Of a stretch of 64,000 nt of DNA, positions 21,325 to 32,628 are shown piece after piece. The stretch covers positions 1 through 64,000 of the forward strand of contig CAWHEP010000006.1 of assembly GCA_963828525.1 (NCBI GenBank). Reading direction: 5' to 3'. This stretch comes from an uncultured Verrucomicrobiae bacterium (GTDB lineage Bacteria; Verrucomicrobiota; Verrucomicrobiia; Chthoniobacterales; Chthoniobacteraceae). A model generated the notes under the pieces. The model was not told the origin of the DNA, did not search any database, and saw only the letters and a list, made by a program, of their open reading frames with translations. The position numbers and the translations under genes were made by a program. How positions within the stretch are numbered: position 1 is the first letter of the stretch; each line of letters begins with the position of its first letter.

Positions 21325-23269
21325 GGCTGTTTTTACGAGGGTTGGTCGTCGCCAGGACACTGCGGTGCAGCCTCAGCAGCTCACCGAGCGACCACGCCTG
21401 GAATGGGCAGCCGCGTGGCGTATGCGGGAACTCCGCGTCGGCGATCTCCGATACATGCCCGAGTCCCGCCGCCCGAAGATGCTGAAATAGGGGGGGGAGA
21501 AAACGATTGCGCGCTTCCAGCTTCGCCTCATCCGTTCTGCCACGGAGCGCGACCCAGGCCTCAACAAACGGGCCGATCAACCACGGCCATACCGTTCCCT
21601 GGTGATAAGCGGCGTCACGTTGCGGGCCGTTTCCCTCGTAGCGCGGGGAGTAGTTGGGTTCGCCCGGCGCCAGGGAGCGCAGACCGAGGGGCGTCAGCAG
21701 GCGGCTCTCCACCGCGTCAAGAACCAGCCACGCCTTATCAGCTGAGAGGAGTCGGACTGACAATCCGCCAGCGGCAAAGATCTGATTGGGCCGAAACGAC
21801 GAGTCCACGGCGCCCGCAACATGGTCACAATCCACCACGTCATGCAGGTAACCGCCTTCCTCAAACCAGAATCGCTTTTCGAAGCTCGCCAACCCAGTCC
21901 GCAGAGCGCCATCCCAGCGTCGCGAAATTTGGGAGCCAACTGTCAAGGCGTTCAGCCAGAGCGACTGAACCTCCACGGGTTTACCGATTCGGGGCGTCAC
22001 CTCACGGCCGTTCGCGCGCGCATCCATCCAAGTGAGTTGCTGTCCGGCGGTCCCAGCGACGAGCAGGCCGTCGCTGTCTATTCGGATGCCATACCTGGTG
22101 CCCGCGGCATATCCGCCAAGGATCGCGGCAACGGCGGAGCGCAGCCGTTCCACCGTCTGGTCCGGCACGGAGGACGCGACCGCGCTTAGGTAGTCACCGA
22201 CCGCGATTACGTACCAGAGAGAAGCATCCACGGAGTTGAATTCGGGCTCCTCACCGCCGTCCGGAAATCGATTTGGAAGCATCCCTTGGGAGACAGTGTC
22301 AGACCATGCAAGCAGGATTTCCCGGGCAACCTCCAACTGGCCAGCGGCAATGCAAAGGCCCCGCATGGCGATGAACGTATCCCGGCCCCAGTCCCCGAAC
22401 CACGGGAATCCGGCGATGACTGTTTTCCCTTCGCCCCGCCTTGCGATATAGGCCGCCCCCGCCACGTTCAATGTGTCGGAGAAGCCCGACCTTCGGCTTC
22501 GTTCCAAATCGGCGAGCTTCTCCATCGCTCCCACCGGATCCTTGGCGCCATACAAGGCTTCTCCCGTTGCGAGGACAATTACTGCGGGCGCCGCGCCTAC
22601 CTCAAATGAAAGAACGCCTGGGGAAGCGAGATCTTCCGTGCAATCGAGACCGCGCGCTTCCTCTTCGGCGTATAAAAAATTGCGATACCAGAGCGGCCGG
22701 TGGGAATAGGAGCCATTGGTAAGCGCGGTTATGATGGGCACTCCCGCATAAGGATGCCATTCCAGAAGATTGTTCGCCTGCAGAGGCTCAAACTGGAAGG
22801 CGTGGTTCTCATGGGTATTGCCGTGGAAGTCCCGTCCGGAGAAAAAAAGCCGGACCTTCAGGTTCACGCTGCGCGTTTCTTCAGACACGAGTCTCCATGA
22901 AAGACACACCGCAGGCGCGCCGAAAGGAACAAACAAGGTATGCTCCAGTTGAAGAGTCGGTGTGAGCTGATAGAGCCAGCGCGGCCAGGGATCGTTCTCA
23001 AAGCCCGTGAGTCTTGAAGCTCCATCAGGAGAGACGATGCCGGGCAAGTAGCGCTGGGAAGACACGGCAATATCTCCCGACGGGGTTGTAGCCCAGGCAT
23101 CGAACCCGTTGACCAAAACCATCCTGCCGGACGGAGGTTTTGTGGCGCTCAGCAGCAGGGCGTGGTAACGCCGGCTTCGGATTCCCGAGACTGTTCCGCT
23201 GGCAAATCCTCCAAGTCCATCCGCCTCAAGCCATTCAGCCTCAGGATCAAAGGTGAGCACCCGGTACAC
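21296..23269 (-). CDS. Amylo-alpha-1,6-glucosidase (glycogen debranching enzyme family)
   Basis: EWLEADGLGGFASGT, AGFPWFGDWGRDTFIA, LTWMDA, YHQGTVWPWLIG, CPFQAWS. Confidence 0.93.
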   Translation of the reverse strand: MYRVLTFDPEAEWLEADGLGGFASGTVSGIRSRRYHALLLSATKPPSGRMVLVNGFDAWATTPSGDIAVSSQRYLPGIVSPDGASRLTGFENDPWPRWLYQLTPTLQLEHTLFVPFGAPAVCLSWRLVSEETRSVNLKVRLFFSGRDFHGNTHENHAFQFEPLQANNLLEWHPYAGVPIITALTNGSYSHRPLWYRNFLYAEEEARGLDCTEDLASPGVLSFEVGAAPAVIVLATGEALYGAKDPVGAMEKLADLERSRRSGFSDTLNVAGAAYIARRGEGKTVIAGFPWFGDWGRDTFIAMRGLCIAAGQLEVAREILLAWSDTVSQGMLPNRFPDGGEEPEFNSVDASLWYVIAVGDYLSAVASSVPDQTVERLRSAVAAILGGYAAGTRYGIRIDSDGLLVAGTAGQQLTWMDARANGREVTPRIGKPVEVQSLWLNALTVGSQISRRWDGALRTGLASFEKRFWFEEGGYLHDVVDCDHVAGAVDSSFRPNQIFAAGGLSVRLLSADKAWLVLDAVESRLLTPLGLRSLAPGEPNYSPRYEGNGPQRDAAYHQGTVWPWLIGPFVEAWVALRGRTDEAKLEARNRFLPPLFQHLRAAGLGHVSEIADAEFPHTPRGCPFQAWSLGELLRLHRSVLATTNPRKNSLTGERPSYA

Positions 23270-23322
23270 GATAAACCCTGCCCGGCGGCATGCCGAGCAG
23301 GATTTAGGTTTTGGGGAAAAGA

Positions 23323-23724
23323 TTACCGGTATGGCGACCAGAAGGTGTTCGGCGCGACGTCCGAAAGAGAATTGAAGGTCGCCGCTGAAATGTGGGGAGG
23401 GGAGTCCACGGTATAGGACCCGTAGCTGTTCCCAAAAAGATCGTTATCCCCGGCAGTATAGAGCTGCGTTCCGGTCTTAATGTAGTTTTTCAGGTCACCG
23501 AACGTCGGATTGAAGCCGCTCGTTTTGTTTGTCTCAATCGCGTATTCATCGAGCGCGTTATCGAGGACACGCAGATCCTCGAGGCATCGGGTAGCCTGCG
23601 AGCGTTTGCGGGCGCGCAGAAAGTTTGGCACTGCGATTGACGCGAGCAGGGCTATGATCGCGACAACGATCATGATTTCCACAAGTGTGAAACCTTGCTT
23701 TCGGGTGTGTAGTTTTTGGAGCAT
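23323..23724 (-). CDS. Type IV pilin/pseudopilin with N-methylation site
   Basis: GFTLVEIMIVVAIIALLASIAVPNF. Confidence 0.9.
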   Translation of the reverse strand: MLQKLHTRKQGFTLVEIMIVVAIIALLASIAVPNFLRARKRSQATRCLEDLRVLDNALDEYAIETNKTSGFNPTFGDLKNYIKTGTQLYTAGDNDLFGNSYGSYTVDSPPHISAATFNSLSDVAPNTFWSPYR

Positions 23725-23759
23725 AGGAGTATTAGGTTTATGAGTTCGTCAGTCTATAG

Positions 23760-23775
23760 AGCATCCTGCGAGCCT
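23760..23775 (-). promoter_or_regulatory. Possible sigma-54 (-24/-12) promoter of the pilin gene
   Basis: Minus strand AGGCTCGCAGGATGCT has GG-N10-GC spacing, ~35 bp upstream of the ATG. Confidence 0.4.
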
Positions 23776-23937
23776 ATCACCCAAAACGCTGATTAGCTGG
23801 ACGTGTAAGGGATGCCGTTACAGATTTCCGGTAAGAAGGAGCGCTTTGGCATTGATCTGGCCGGGGGTCTCCCTCAAATGTGAGAGCCTTTATCATTTTT
23901 AATGAGAGCCACTCACGCCGGGTAGGTTGAAGTCAGA

Positions 23938-24309
23938 ATGCGTTACTTGGCCAAACTTTCGGCAGGCAGGATGATCCTCTGGTGCTACTTCATCTGGTAT
24001 CTTTTCTTTGCAGTCCGCCTTTTCGAACCCAGCCGCAGCCTTTGGCTAACCTCCTGCGGCATCTCTGTCATCATCGGCATAGCCTTGGTCATCAGCACGT
24101 CAGGCGGGGGCGGTCGTCTGGACGCCTGGCAGACCTTCCGTCTTTTCCTTATGCCGTTCTGCGTATCCAGTTTCTCCGCGCTCGTGAAAGGATACGGATT
24201 CTTCCTTGTCTTCTCTCCTCGATTCCGGGACAACTACTTCGCGCTGGCGCTTTGTGGAGTGTTCTGTGCCTTCGTCGGCGGAGCAAAGCTCTCGCGTCGG
24301 GGAAGGTAG
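23938..24309 (+). CDS. Small hypothetical membrane protein
   Basis: 123 aa with about 4 hydrophobic segments. Confidence 0.7.
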   Translation: MRYLAKLSAGRMILWCYFIWYLFFAVRLFEPSRSLWLTSCGISVIIGIALVISTSGGGGRLDAWQTFRLFLMPFCVSSFSALVKGYGFFLVFSPRFRDNYFALALCGVFCAFVGGAKLSRRGR

Positions 24310-24355
24310 TCAAACTTTCCCGGTGTCTTAATCCCCTCCGCGCCCTTCAATTCAA

Positions 24356-26887
24356 ATGAGATCATCGCTCGCCTGCATTTCGATTGGCTTCCTTTTTCTC
24401 TGTCACGTGCTGGCTGCTCCCGGGCGGCAAAGTGAACTGCTAAATGGCGATGGATGGCAGTTCGTCGGCGCGGGCGCGTCGGAAGCTCTACCGGAAGTTG
24501 GTTCTCCGGCTTTTGGCGCCGCAAAATGGGCTGGCGTGACTGTCCCCCACAATTTTCAGACGCGCGCCGCTTTCGACACCCTCACGAAAGGATGGTATCG
24601 ACGCATGGTGACCATGCCTGCCTCTGCGAGCGGCAGGCAAACTTATCTCGTCTTCGAAGGCGCGGCGTCCATTGCGGACGTTTATGTCAACGGACAACAT
24701 CTCGGCCAGCATCGCGGAGCTTACACGCGGTTCATTTTTGACGCGACCACCGCTCTCCATCCCGGGGCCAATAATGAACTCGATGTGCTGGTCGATGATT
24801 CCCCCGACAGCACATTGGATTGCCTCCCCATCAGCAAAACGGGGCTCTATAAGGTATGGGGTGGCCTCTACCGCAATGTCTGGCTGCTGCAAACCGCGCC
24901 TGTTCATGTTGATCCCACTGATAGCGCCGCGCCGGGAGTATATCTCACCCCGCGAGACGTCAGCGCGAAGTCTGCCGTCCTGAACATTCAGGTGCTGTTG
25001 CGTAACACCTCCTCTTCGGCGGCGCGCGCAGAGGTGCGCGCCCGAATCCTTGACCCCAGCGGGAAAGAGATCAAGGCGCTTGCCGCGACCGTCCAGATCC
25101 CCGCTGCGGGGCGCAACAAGGCCGAACTCTCCACCGTCATTGATCACCCTGATCTCTGGGACGTGCTGAAGGGGCGGCTGTATCAAGTCCAAGCGGGCAT
25201 CTATGTGGATGGACGGCAGGTCGATGAGGTCACTGAGAATACGGGGTTCCGGTGGCTGGATTGGGATTGGAAAGGTGGCAATGTCAGCCTCAATGGGAAG
25301 CGCCTCATCCTGTACGGGGTTGATCTCCACCAGGAAGTGGAGGCAAAAGGTTCGGCGGTTTCTCCGGAAGATCTGAAGGGAAATTTTGATATCATGCGGG
25401 ACCTTGGGAATAATTTCGTTCGCCTGCCGCATTATCCACATGCGCGTCTCGAGTACGATCTGTGCGACGAGCAGGGAATTCTATGCTGGGCAGAGAATGG
25501 CCACAGTAACAAGAAGGACATCGTCAGCCCCACCGCAGCGCAGATCACGACCGAGTTGGTGAAGCAAAACTACAATCATCCCGCGATTGTCCTTTGGAGC
25601 ATGGGAAACGAATCCAATGCCGAGACAGCCGACGAGTGCGTCCCTGTCGCCAAGGCTTTGGATCAGACCCGCCCGGTTGTGGTGGCGAATATGCCTTCCA
25701 AGCTCGCCGACTTTCATACAAAGCATTCCTATTCCGCTTGGTACGGCACCCACATGAGCGATTTCAAGCCAACCGGGTTCATGTCCGAGGTTGGAGCTGG
25801 CGGCGTCGTCACCATCCATTGCGATTACAACCAATGCGATTGGAAGGTGAATAAATACGAGCCCGAGGAATATCAGCAACTCGCGGCGGAGTACCACTTC
25901 CAGCAGGTATTCCATGGCGACAACAGCCACCTCGGTCTCTTTTGCTGGTGGATATTGCGGGACTTCACCGACGTGAAATATAAAGGCCCGATTGGCTACA
26001 ATACCAAAGGCTTGACTACTTACGCGGCAGACAAAAAAGACATTTACTACCTCTACCGCTCATTTCTGCGCCCCGAGGCCCCGACGATTTGGATCACATC
26101 AAAGCGTTATTTCTTGCGGCGCGGCGACGTCAATAATGGGGTTAAGGTATATTGCAACGCTAAGTCGGTGACTCTGACTCTGAACGGCGAGAAGGTCTCA
26201 ACGATCACAAACGGGCAATACACGATACCGAACGGACCTTGGGCTGCCAAAACCGGGAAACCCCGCGCTGGCGAAGTCGCGCCGACGCCGAAACCCTACG
26301 TCGCGCAACGCGTCGATAACGTGTTCTTCTGGCCTGTCCCCCTCCGCGCCGGGAGGAACGTGGTGACGGCCACAGACGAACGGGGACAGAGCGATACTGC
26401 CACCATTTATTTCGAGGGCGACAAAGGCTTGCCTGAGCTCCCCGTTCAGCCGCTCATCAAAAACCTCGCGAGTTCAAACGCTGCCAACCCGGCTTATTGC
26501 ATGCAGATGCCGGTGCATGCGCAGTGGCCTGTTTATTACGACTTTGACTCAACAGCGGATAACTCGCTGGATACGATTCCCGACGCGATCCAGGGCGCGA
26601 ACTGGCTGGCTCTGCGGCGCGTCACGAAAGAGGGGCAGGCGACCGATATCGGTTTCAGTCTGGCCAAGCCATCCACAGTTTACGTATTATGCGCCAGTTC
26701 GGCAACCGTGCCCGCCTGGCTGAGCGGCCCGGGCTTCAGCGAGGTGAATACGGCGCCCGTTAGCTGGCGCGATAACGACCTGATGCTGAATCCCGCGAAA
26801 CTCTACGCTCGCCATTTCGCTACGGGGAACAGTGTGAAACTATCACTCGGTGAGCGCGATGCATTGGTGCTCATCAAGCCGGATTAA
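24356..26887 (+). CDS. Glycoside hydrolase family 2 (beta-galactosidase-like), secreted
   Basis: GWYRR, FEGA, GGLYRNV, RLPHYPH, NHPAIVLWSMGNE. Confidence 0.9.
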   Translation: MRSSLACISIGFLFLCHVLAAPGRQSELLNGDGWQFVGAGASEALPEVGSPAFGAAKWAGVTVPHNFQTRAAFDTLTKGWYRRMVTMPASASGRQTYLVFEGAASIADVYVNGQHLGQHRGAYTRFIFDATTALHPGANNELDVLVDDSPDSTLDCLPISKTGLYKVWGGLYRNVWLLQTAPVHVDPTDSAAPGVYLTPRDVSAKSAVLNIQVLLRNTSSSAARAEVRARILDPSGKEIKALAATVQIPAAGRNKAELSTVIDHPDLWDVLKGRLYQVQAGIYVDGRQVDEVTENTGFRWLDWDWKGGNVSLNGKRLILYGVDLHQEVEAKGSAVSPEDLKGNFDIMRDLGNNFVRLPHYPHARLEYDLCDEQGILCWAENGHSNKKDIVSPTAAQITTELVKQNYNHPAIVLWSMGNESNAETADECVPVAKALDQTRPVVVANMPSKLADFHTKHSYSAWYGTHMSDFKPTGFMSEVGAGGVVTIHCDYNQCDWKVNKYEPEEYQQLAAEYHFQQVFHGDNSHLGLFCWWILRDFTDVKYKGPIGYNTKGLTTYAADKKDIYYLYRSFLRPEAPTIWITSKRYFLRRGDVNNGVKVYCNAKSVTLTLNGEKVSTITNGQYTIPNGPWAAKTGKPRAGEVAPTPKPYVAQRVDNVFFWPVPLRAGRNVVTATDERGQSDTATIYFEGDKGLPELPVQPLIKNLASSNAANPAYCMQMPVHAQWPVYYDFDSTADNSLDTIPDAIQGANWLALRRVTKEGQATDIGFSLAKPSTVYVLCASSATVPAWLSGPGFSEVNTAPVSWRDNDLMLNPAKLYARHFATGNSVKLSLGERDALVLIKPD

Positions 26888-26901
26888 GAGTGTAAAAGGC
26901 A

Positions 26902-28157
26902 GTGAGCAACCTTCAAAGACCGCGCGGCGAGGCGCGGAGAGCGCTGACGCTCTTGCTGGTCATCAATCTTTTTTGTTACCTGGATCGCTATATCCAGGCG
27001 GCCATCATACCTGTCCTCAAAACAGAGTTCCTGCGCGGCGACCCCAATGCCAATGGCAAGGCCGGCCTGCTGACAACCGCCTTCCTCGTCAGCTACATGC
27101 TGACCGCCCCGATCTTCGGCTGGCTGGCTGATCGTTTCTCCAGGTGGGTGATTATCGGACTTAGTGTCGCCGCATGGAGCCTCGCGAGCGGGGCTTCCGG
27201 TTTCGCCACCAGCTTCCTGATGCTCCTGGCGACTCGGGCCTTCCTCGGCATTGGAGAGGCGGGGTATGGTCCAGCCGCTCCCACGATCATCAGCGATCTC
27301 TATCCGCCGGAGAAGCGGGGGCAGGTGCTGGCATGGTTCTTCATGGCGATCCCGGTTGGCGCCGCTCTGGGTTATGCGTTCGGAGGCCTTGTAAACGCCC
27401 ATCTCGGTTGGCGGTGGGCTTTTTATATGGTAGCGCCACCCGGTCTCCTCCTCGCGCTTTTCTGCGGCTTCATGAAGGATCCGCGCGCCAGAAAGCGGCG
27501 GCAACGGGACAGCGGCTCTTGCGCCCCCAAGTTTGGCTGACTACCGGAGCCTGCTAAAAATTCCGTCGCTGGTCGCCAACATCTTCGCGCAAACCGCAAT
27601 GACTTTTGCAATTGGCGGCCTTTCCGTTTGGGCCCCAACCTATATCAGCGAGGAGAGGGGACAGCCTCTCGCGAAAACCAATCTCATTTTCGGCGCGATC
27701 TTGGCCGTGGCTGGGTTGATCTCCACCCTCTTGGGAGGGTGGCTGGGTGACAAACTCCGCGCGCGTTTCCCCGGCTCATACTTCCTCGTCTCGGGAGTGG
27801 GAATGTTGCTGGGGTTTCCCGCGACAGTGGGCATGCTTTTCGTTCCGTTCCCGGCGGCGTGGATGCTCATCTTTTTCGCAATGTTTTTTCTTTTCTTTAA
27901 CACGGGGCCAGCCAACACTGCTCTGGCGAACGTGACCCCGCCCGGCGATGCGCGCGACGGCTTTCGCCGTTAACATTCTGATAATTCATCTGTTTGGCGA
28001 CGCGCTATCTCCATGGTTGATCGGCTGGATCAAGGATCACGGCACCTGGAACGCGAGCTTCCTCACCGTCTCCACCGTAATGCTCTTCGCGGGTGTAATC
28101 TGGCTCACGAACATGAAGTCGCTCGCGAAGGACACTGCGGCGCAGGAGGGCCGGTGA
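26902..28157 (+). CDS. MFS transporter (spinster-like), two frameshifts (~27500, ~27945)
   Basis: [28 protein letters not shown]; three consecutive ORF pieces. Confidence 0.85.
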
Positions 28158-28203
28158 GCCCGGCCTTGCATCAACAGGCTTTTCGGCGAAAAGGTGAGCG
28201 AGC

Positions 28204-29304
28204 ATGAAACTCATAGACCGCTACGTGGGGCTGGAGCTCCTCATCACCTCTTTTTTTGCGGTGTCGGTGCTCAGCGTTGTGCTGGTTCTGGGGAATGTCT
28301 TCCAGAGGCTCCTGGACCTCCTGGTCAACCACAACGTGCCGATCGAGTTTGTTCTCTCGTTCATCGCGTACATCATTCCATTTTCCCTTACATTCACCAT
28401 CCCCTGGGGCTTTCTGACCGCTGTGCTTCTGGTGTTTGGAAAGATGTCAGCGGACAATGAGTTGATCGCGCTCCGGTGCAATGGCGTCAGTATCCCCCGC
28501 ATTTGCGTTCCTGTCCTTGTGCTGTCCTTGCTTGCTTGCGCAATCTGCTTCTACATCAACATCGATGTCGCCCCTCGCGCCATGGACAAGATGAAAGCTT
28601 CCATGTATCACATTGCCACCAACGACCCGATGGCTCTCTTTGGGAGTGATCACATCATCACCGAGTTTCCCGGCAAGAAAATCTTCGTCGAGAAGAAGGA
28701 GGGTACAAACCTCAAAAACATCTGCATCTACGACATAGATGAAAATGGAGTGCCAATTCGTGTCGTCTACGCGAAGGAAGGCCGGCTTGAGACCAAACTG
28801 GACACCGAGGAAGTTCTCCTGCATCTCACAGGCGCGAGTTTCGAAAAACGGGACGAAAGCGCGCCACTGAATTTTTCGAAGATCCGGGATGGCATCGTGA
28901 TGCAGAACGGAGCCATACCCATTTCTTTGCAGGAACTGAATGAGCGCAATCGCTACCGGGGAGGGTTAAGCCAAAAGACTCTGGTCGAACTGCTAAATGA
29001 CAAAAGGGCTGCCTCCGACCAAAGTTCTCTGCGAACCGAGATCAACAAGCGATTCTCATTTTCCTTGGCCTCCTTCGCCCTCGCTCTCATTGCCGTGCCA
29101 CTGGCTGTGACCGCGCATCGCAAGGAAACCTCCGTGGGATTTCTGTTCAGCCTCATCGTCGCATTCCTTTACTTTTTCTTCATCATCATCGCGAACACCG
29201 TGAGGGATAGTCCGAAGTGGCATCCAGAGTACCTCATGTGGTTGTCCAACGTAGTCTTCATCAGCATCGGCATGGTTCTCTTTCTGCGCCTCAGCAGGCG
29301 ATAG
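28204..29304 (+). CDS. LPS export ABC permease, LptF/LptG family
   Basis: MKLIDRY, MSADNELIALRCNGVS, TM-beta-domain-TM layout. Confidence 0.9.
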   Translation: MKLIDRYVGLELLITSFFAVSVLSVVLVLGNVFQRLLDLLVNHNVPIEFVLSFIAYIIPFSLTFTIPWGFLTAVLLVFGKMSADNELIALRCNGVSIPRICVPVLVLSLLACAICFYINIDVAPRAMDKMKASMYHIATNDPMALFGSDHIITEFPGKKIFVEKKEGTNLKNICIYDIDENGVPIRVVYAKEGRLETKLDTEEVLLHLTGASFEKRDESAPLNFSKIRDGIVMQNGAIPISLQELNERNRYRGGLSQKTLVELLNDKRAASDQSSLRTEINKRFSFSLASFALALIAVPLAVTAHRKETSVGFLFSLIVAFLYFFFIIIANTVRDSPKWHPEYLMWLSNVVFISIGMVLFLRLSRR

Positions 29305-29309
29305 AGGCT

Positions 29310-31043
29310 TTACAGCCAGCGCCGCATGCGGTCCTGGAAGTTGGTGTAGATGAATCCCATCCCAACGAGGATGCCTCCCAGCACGAGCAGGCTCAGAATT
29401 CTCTCCACTGTGCCGAGTTCCCAAACATCAATAACCGCGATCCGAACCAGAGCCGCGCCCAGCAGCGAGAGGCCCAGCACCCTGTAGACGCGCTCGCGAA
29501 AGCCAAGCCCCGCGGCAAAAAGGATGAACGCGAGCACCGACCAGGCGGCTGTCATATGGAACCCGGCGAAGCTGCTGTCAATCCAGAGACACATCCATCG
29601 GAAGACAGTTGCCGCTCCCGCGATAATCACCAGTTGGTGGAGCCTGCTCGGTATCCACTCCGCAAAGCGCCTTGCAAGCCGCTGTTGAGCAAGCGGCAGC
29701 AGGCAGGGGAGTAAATCCGCGCCGCGGAAAATTCCGGCGTTAGCAGGCATGGCCGTCCAGTTAAACTGTGGATCCGAAAACCAGAAGACGGATAGACCCG
29801 CAAGCGTAAAAGGGGCGCTTAGCGCCGTCACGGCTCTATACCCACTCGCCAGCCCGAGGCAAAGAACCGCCAATCCACAAGCCTCGAAGGCCATGAACTG
29901 GTGGGCAGGCGCCACATACTTGAAAATCCACACGGTAATTCCCAGCGCGCATGCCAGCAGCGACTGAGTCATGTAAGCAGCCGCTATCTCTCTCGCCCGC
30001 AGAAATCTCGCGAGAAGCGCGGGCAGCGACAACACGCCCGCAAAGACAAAGCAGAACTTCCAAAACGAATGCGGTTGCAGCTCCGGCAGAGTGACACTCA
30101 CAAGCGCAAACAGCGCGGCGTTGTTCGCCGTGAGAAATCGGGTTGGGTGCCGCGCGGCGGTTTGTTCCGGACTGCGCGAAAGCAGCACTGCCGCTGTGAA
30201 AATGAGCCAGTAACCGGCGAGAAACAGATTTCCGGTCCAAAAATCCCCGCGATGGAGAGAAAGAGTATGTCCGAAAAATTCCGGAGCGAATTTCCAATAC
30301 GCGTAGCTCAGGTACGTAGCGGCAAGGCATGCTGAAGAAGCGGCCGCCCACCTGTTGCGGACAAGGAAGAGGACGGCAGCCGCTGTCAGGATGAAGTTGG
30401 AAAATAGCGTGAAGACCGAGATCGGGTTAATCGCGGCCGTATAGGCGCAAAGGAGGATGGCGAATATCGCCAGCGATTGAGACCGGCGCTTCTCTGCCAA
30501 AACGATCATGAGCACCGCCCAACTGAACAGGAGGAACCCCGCCACGACCGGGCTGTCCACAATTTTCAGCCGCTCCACATAGTGAGCGGAGTAAGTTACA
30601 TAGTAAACGGCGGCTAGACCGCCCCCGATCAGAACCCGGGCAAACCCAAGCACCTTTTCAGAGGCGCGCTCCAGGATGAAACCGAACGCGAGAAGAGAGC
30701 CTGCCGCAAAGTAGAGGAGAGCCACTTTGCCAGCGGCGGGCAACTGCCCAAAATAATTCTGATACGCAAAATTCGCGAGAAAAACGAATCCGGTCAGCAA
30801 AATCACGATGCCCACGCGAACCAGCCAGTAAGTGCCGATCCGCATTTCAACAGACTCCTTGCCGGGCGTTTGTGGCAAAGGCGGGGGTAGTCCTTCCGGT
30901 TGCTTCGATGTTGCGCGTGATTCCAAGTCCCCGTGCGCGCCAGCCAACCCTGCTAATCGGCGATCGATATCCGCGAGACGCTCCCTCAAAAGTTGCTGTT
31001 CTCGGACTATCGCCTCGAGTTCCGCCTTGTGATCGGCATTCAT
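29310..31043 (-). CDS. DUF2339 family membrane protein
   Basis: EMRIGTYWLVRVGIV N-terminus; RILSLLVLG C-terminus; many TMs. Confidence 0.8.
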   Translation of the reverse strand: MNADHKAELEAIVREQQLLRERLADIDRRLAGLAGAHGDLESRATSKQPEGLPPPLPQTPGKESVEMRIGTYWLVRVGIVILLTGFVFLANFAYQNYFGQLPAAGKVALLYFAAGSLLAFGFILERASEKVLGFARVLIGGGLAAVYYVTYSAHYVERLKIVDSPVVAGFLLFSWAVLMIVLAEKRRSQSLAIFAILLCAYTAAINPISVFTLFSNFILTAAAVLFLVRNRWAAASSACLAATYLSYAYWKFAPEFFGHTLSLHRGDFWTGNLFLAGYWLIFTAAVLLSRSPEQTAARHPTRFLTANNAALFALVSVTLPELQPHSFWKFCFVFAGVLSLPALLARFLRAREIAAAYMTQSLLACALGITVWIFKYVAPAHQFMAFEACGLAVLCLGLASGYRAVTALSAPFTLAGLSVFWFSDPQFNWTAMPANAGIFRGADLLPCLLPLAQQRLARRFAEWIPSRLHQLVIIAGAATVFRWMCLWIDSSFAGFHMTAAWSVLAFILFAAGLGFRERVYRVLGLSLLGAALVRIAVIDVWELGTVERILSLLVLGGILVGMGFIYTNFQDRMRRWL

Positions 31044-31068
31044 CGCGGGCGGCGGTCTCCGAAGGCAG

Positions 31069-32084
31069 CTATAACGTCCGGCCAGCCGCAGCCGCAAATG
31101 GCGCGAGATCACTCATCATCTGTCGAAAAGCGCGGAAATCTACCTGCTGCTGCCCGTCGCTCAGCGCCTCCGCCGGATTTGGGTGAACCTCGACCAGCAG
31201 GCCGTCGGCTCCCATTGCGAGAGCCCCGCGGCACAACATGTTCACCAGATCTGTCCTGCCGCAGCCCTGACTGGGATCCACGATCACCGGCAGGTGGGAC
31301 TCTTGTTTGGCAATGGCGACGGCGGAAAGATCCAGCGTGTTGCGTGTGTAGGTCTCAAACGTCCGGATGCCTCGTTCGCACAGCAACACGTTCGGGTTTC
31401 CATGCGCGAGGATGTACTCGGCGGCGAGCAGCCACTCCTCGATGCGCTCGCTTAACCCGCGCTTGAGCAAGATGGGTTTCATTGTTCCGGCGCATTCCAC
31501 CAACAGCCGAAAGTTTTGCGTGTTGCGCGCGCCGATCTGCAGGATGTCCGCCGCCTCCGCGACGTGCTCCACGTCGCGCTCGCTCAACACCTCGGTTATG
31601 ATCTTCAGTCCTGTCTCCCGGCGGGCAACCTGCAGCAGACGCAACCCCTCCTTGCCCAGTCCCTGAAATTCATAAGGGGACGTCCGCGGTTTGTAAGCGC
31701 CTCCTCGCAGGATGGCCGCGCCCGCGGCTTTCACTGCCCGTGCCGTGCTCAGAAGCTGTTCTTCCGACTCCACGGAGCACGGTCCCGCCATCATCACGAC
31801 TCGCGAACCACCGATCTGCAGCCCGTCCACATCGATTACCGAATTCGCCGGATGTGATTCGCGGCTCACCAGCTTGAACCGCTTCTGCACGGGCATCACC
31901 TGCTCCACCTGCGGCAGCGCGTTAAGCGACTCCAGCGTGTGATGGGTGCGTTCGTCGCCGATTGCCGCCACCACGGTTTGCGTCGTTCCGTGGATCGGCC
32001 GCGGGTCGTACCCAGCTTCGCCACCTCCGCGATGACCTCGTCGATCTGTTCGCGGGATGTATTCGGCTTTATGACGATGATCAT
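31069..32084 (-). CDS. aroF: DAHP synthase (class I-beta, with N-terminal regulatory domain), frameshift ~32010
   Basis: MIIVIKP start; AGPCSVES, RGGAYKPRTSPY, QIGARN, LCERGIRTF, VDPS. Confidence 0.93.
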
Positions 32085-32394
32085 CTCTTCGCATCCATAT
32101 CACACGCCGGAACCGTGGCGCAACCCTGTCCCGCGCCCACATCGGCATTGTGACAGGTGGTGCCGACAGTGTCTGATCTTGCCGCCGGGACTAAATTTGG
32201 TGACGAAGCTTCGAGGGGCAACGTGAGCTTTTGGACCTTTTAGCGGACAAAAGGAGTTTGGTGTCGATGTGATCGCTAAGCCGCCCGTCGCTAGGGCGCA
32301 TCAAGAGCATCACCACTGTACGGTCGCGAAAGGCGGAAGCCGGACGCAGCCATCACTCTTGACGTTTGGCGCATCAGTTCGATAGCGTTTCTGT

Positions 32395-32586
32395 ATGAAA
32401 AGGTTTCTCTCCGTTCTGTTATTGGTTTTCGCTTTGGCCCTTTCGCTTCCCGCAGTGGGAGCAGAGGCTTCTCCGGCGACCTGGGCGCAGCCCACAGCGC
32501 TCTCGGCTCATCGTCACCACCACCATCACCGGCATCATCACCACCATCGTCGGCACCGTCATCATCATCGCCATCATCGCCGGTAA
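32395..32586 (+). CDS. Small secreted His/Arg-rich peptide
   Basis: Signal peptide MKRFLSVLLLVFALALSLPAVGA followed by HRHHHHHRHHHHHRRHRHHHRHHRR. Confidence 0.65.
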   Translation: MKRFLSVLLLVFALALSLPAVGAEASPATWAQPTALSAHRHHHHHRHHHHHRRHRHHHRHHRR

Positions 32587-32628
32587 TGTTTGCGCCAATT
32601 TGGCTCAAATACGTCTTTGCCTCGGTAG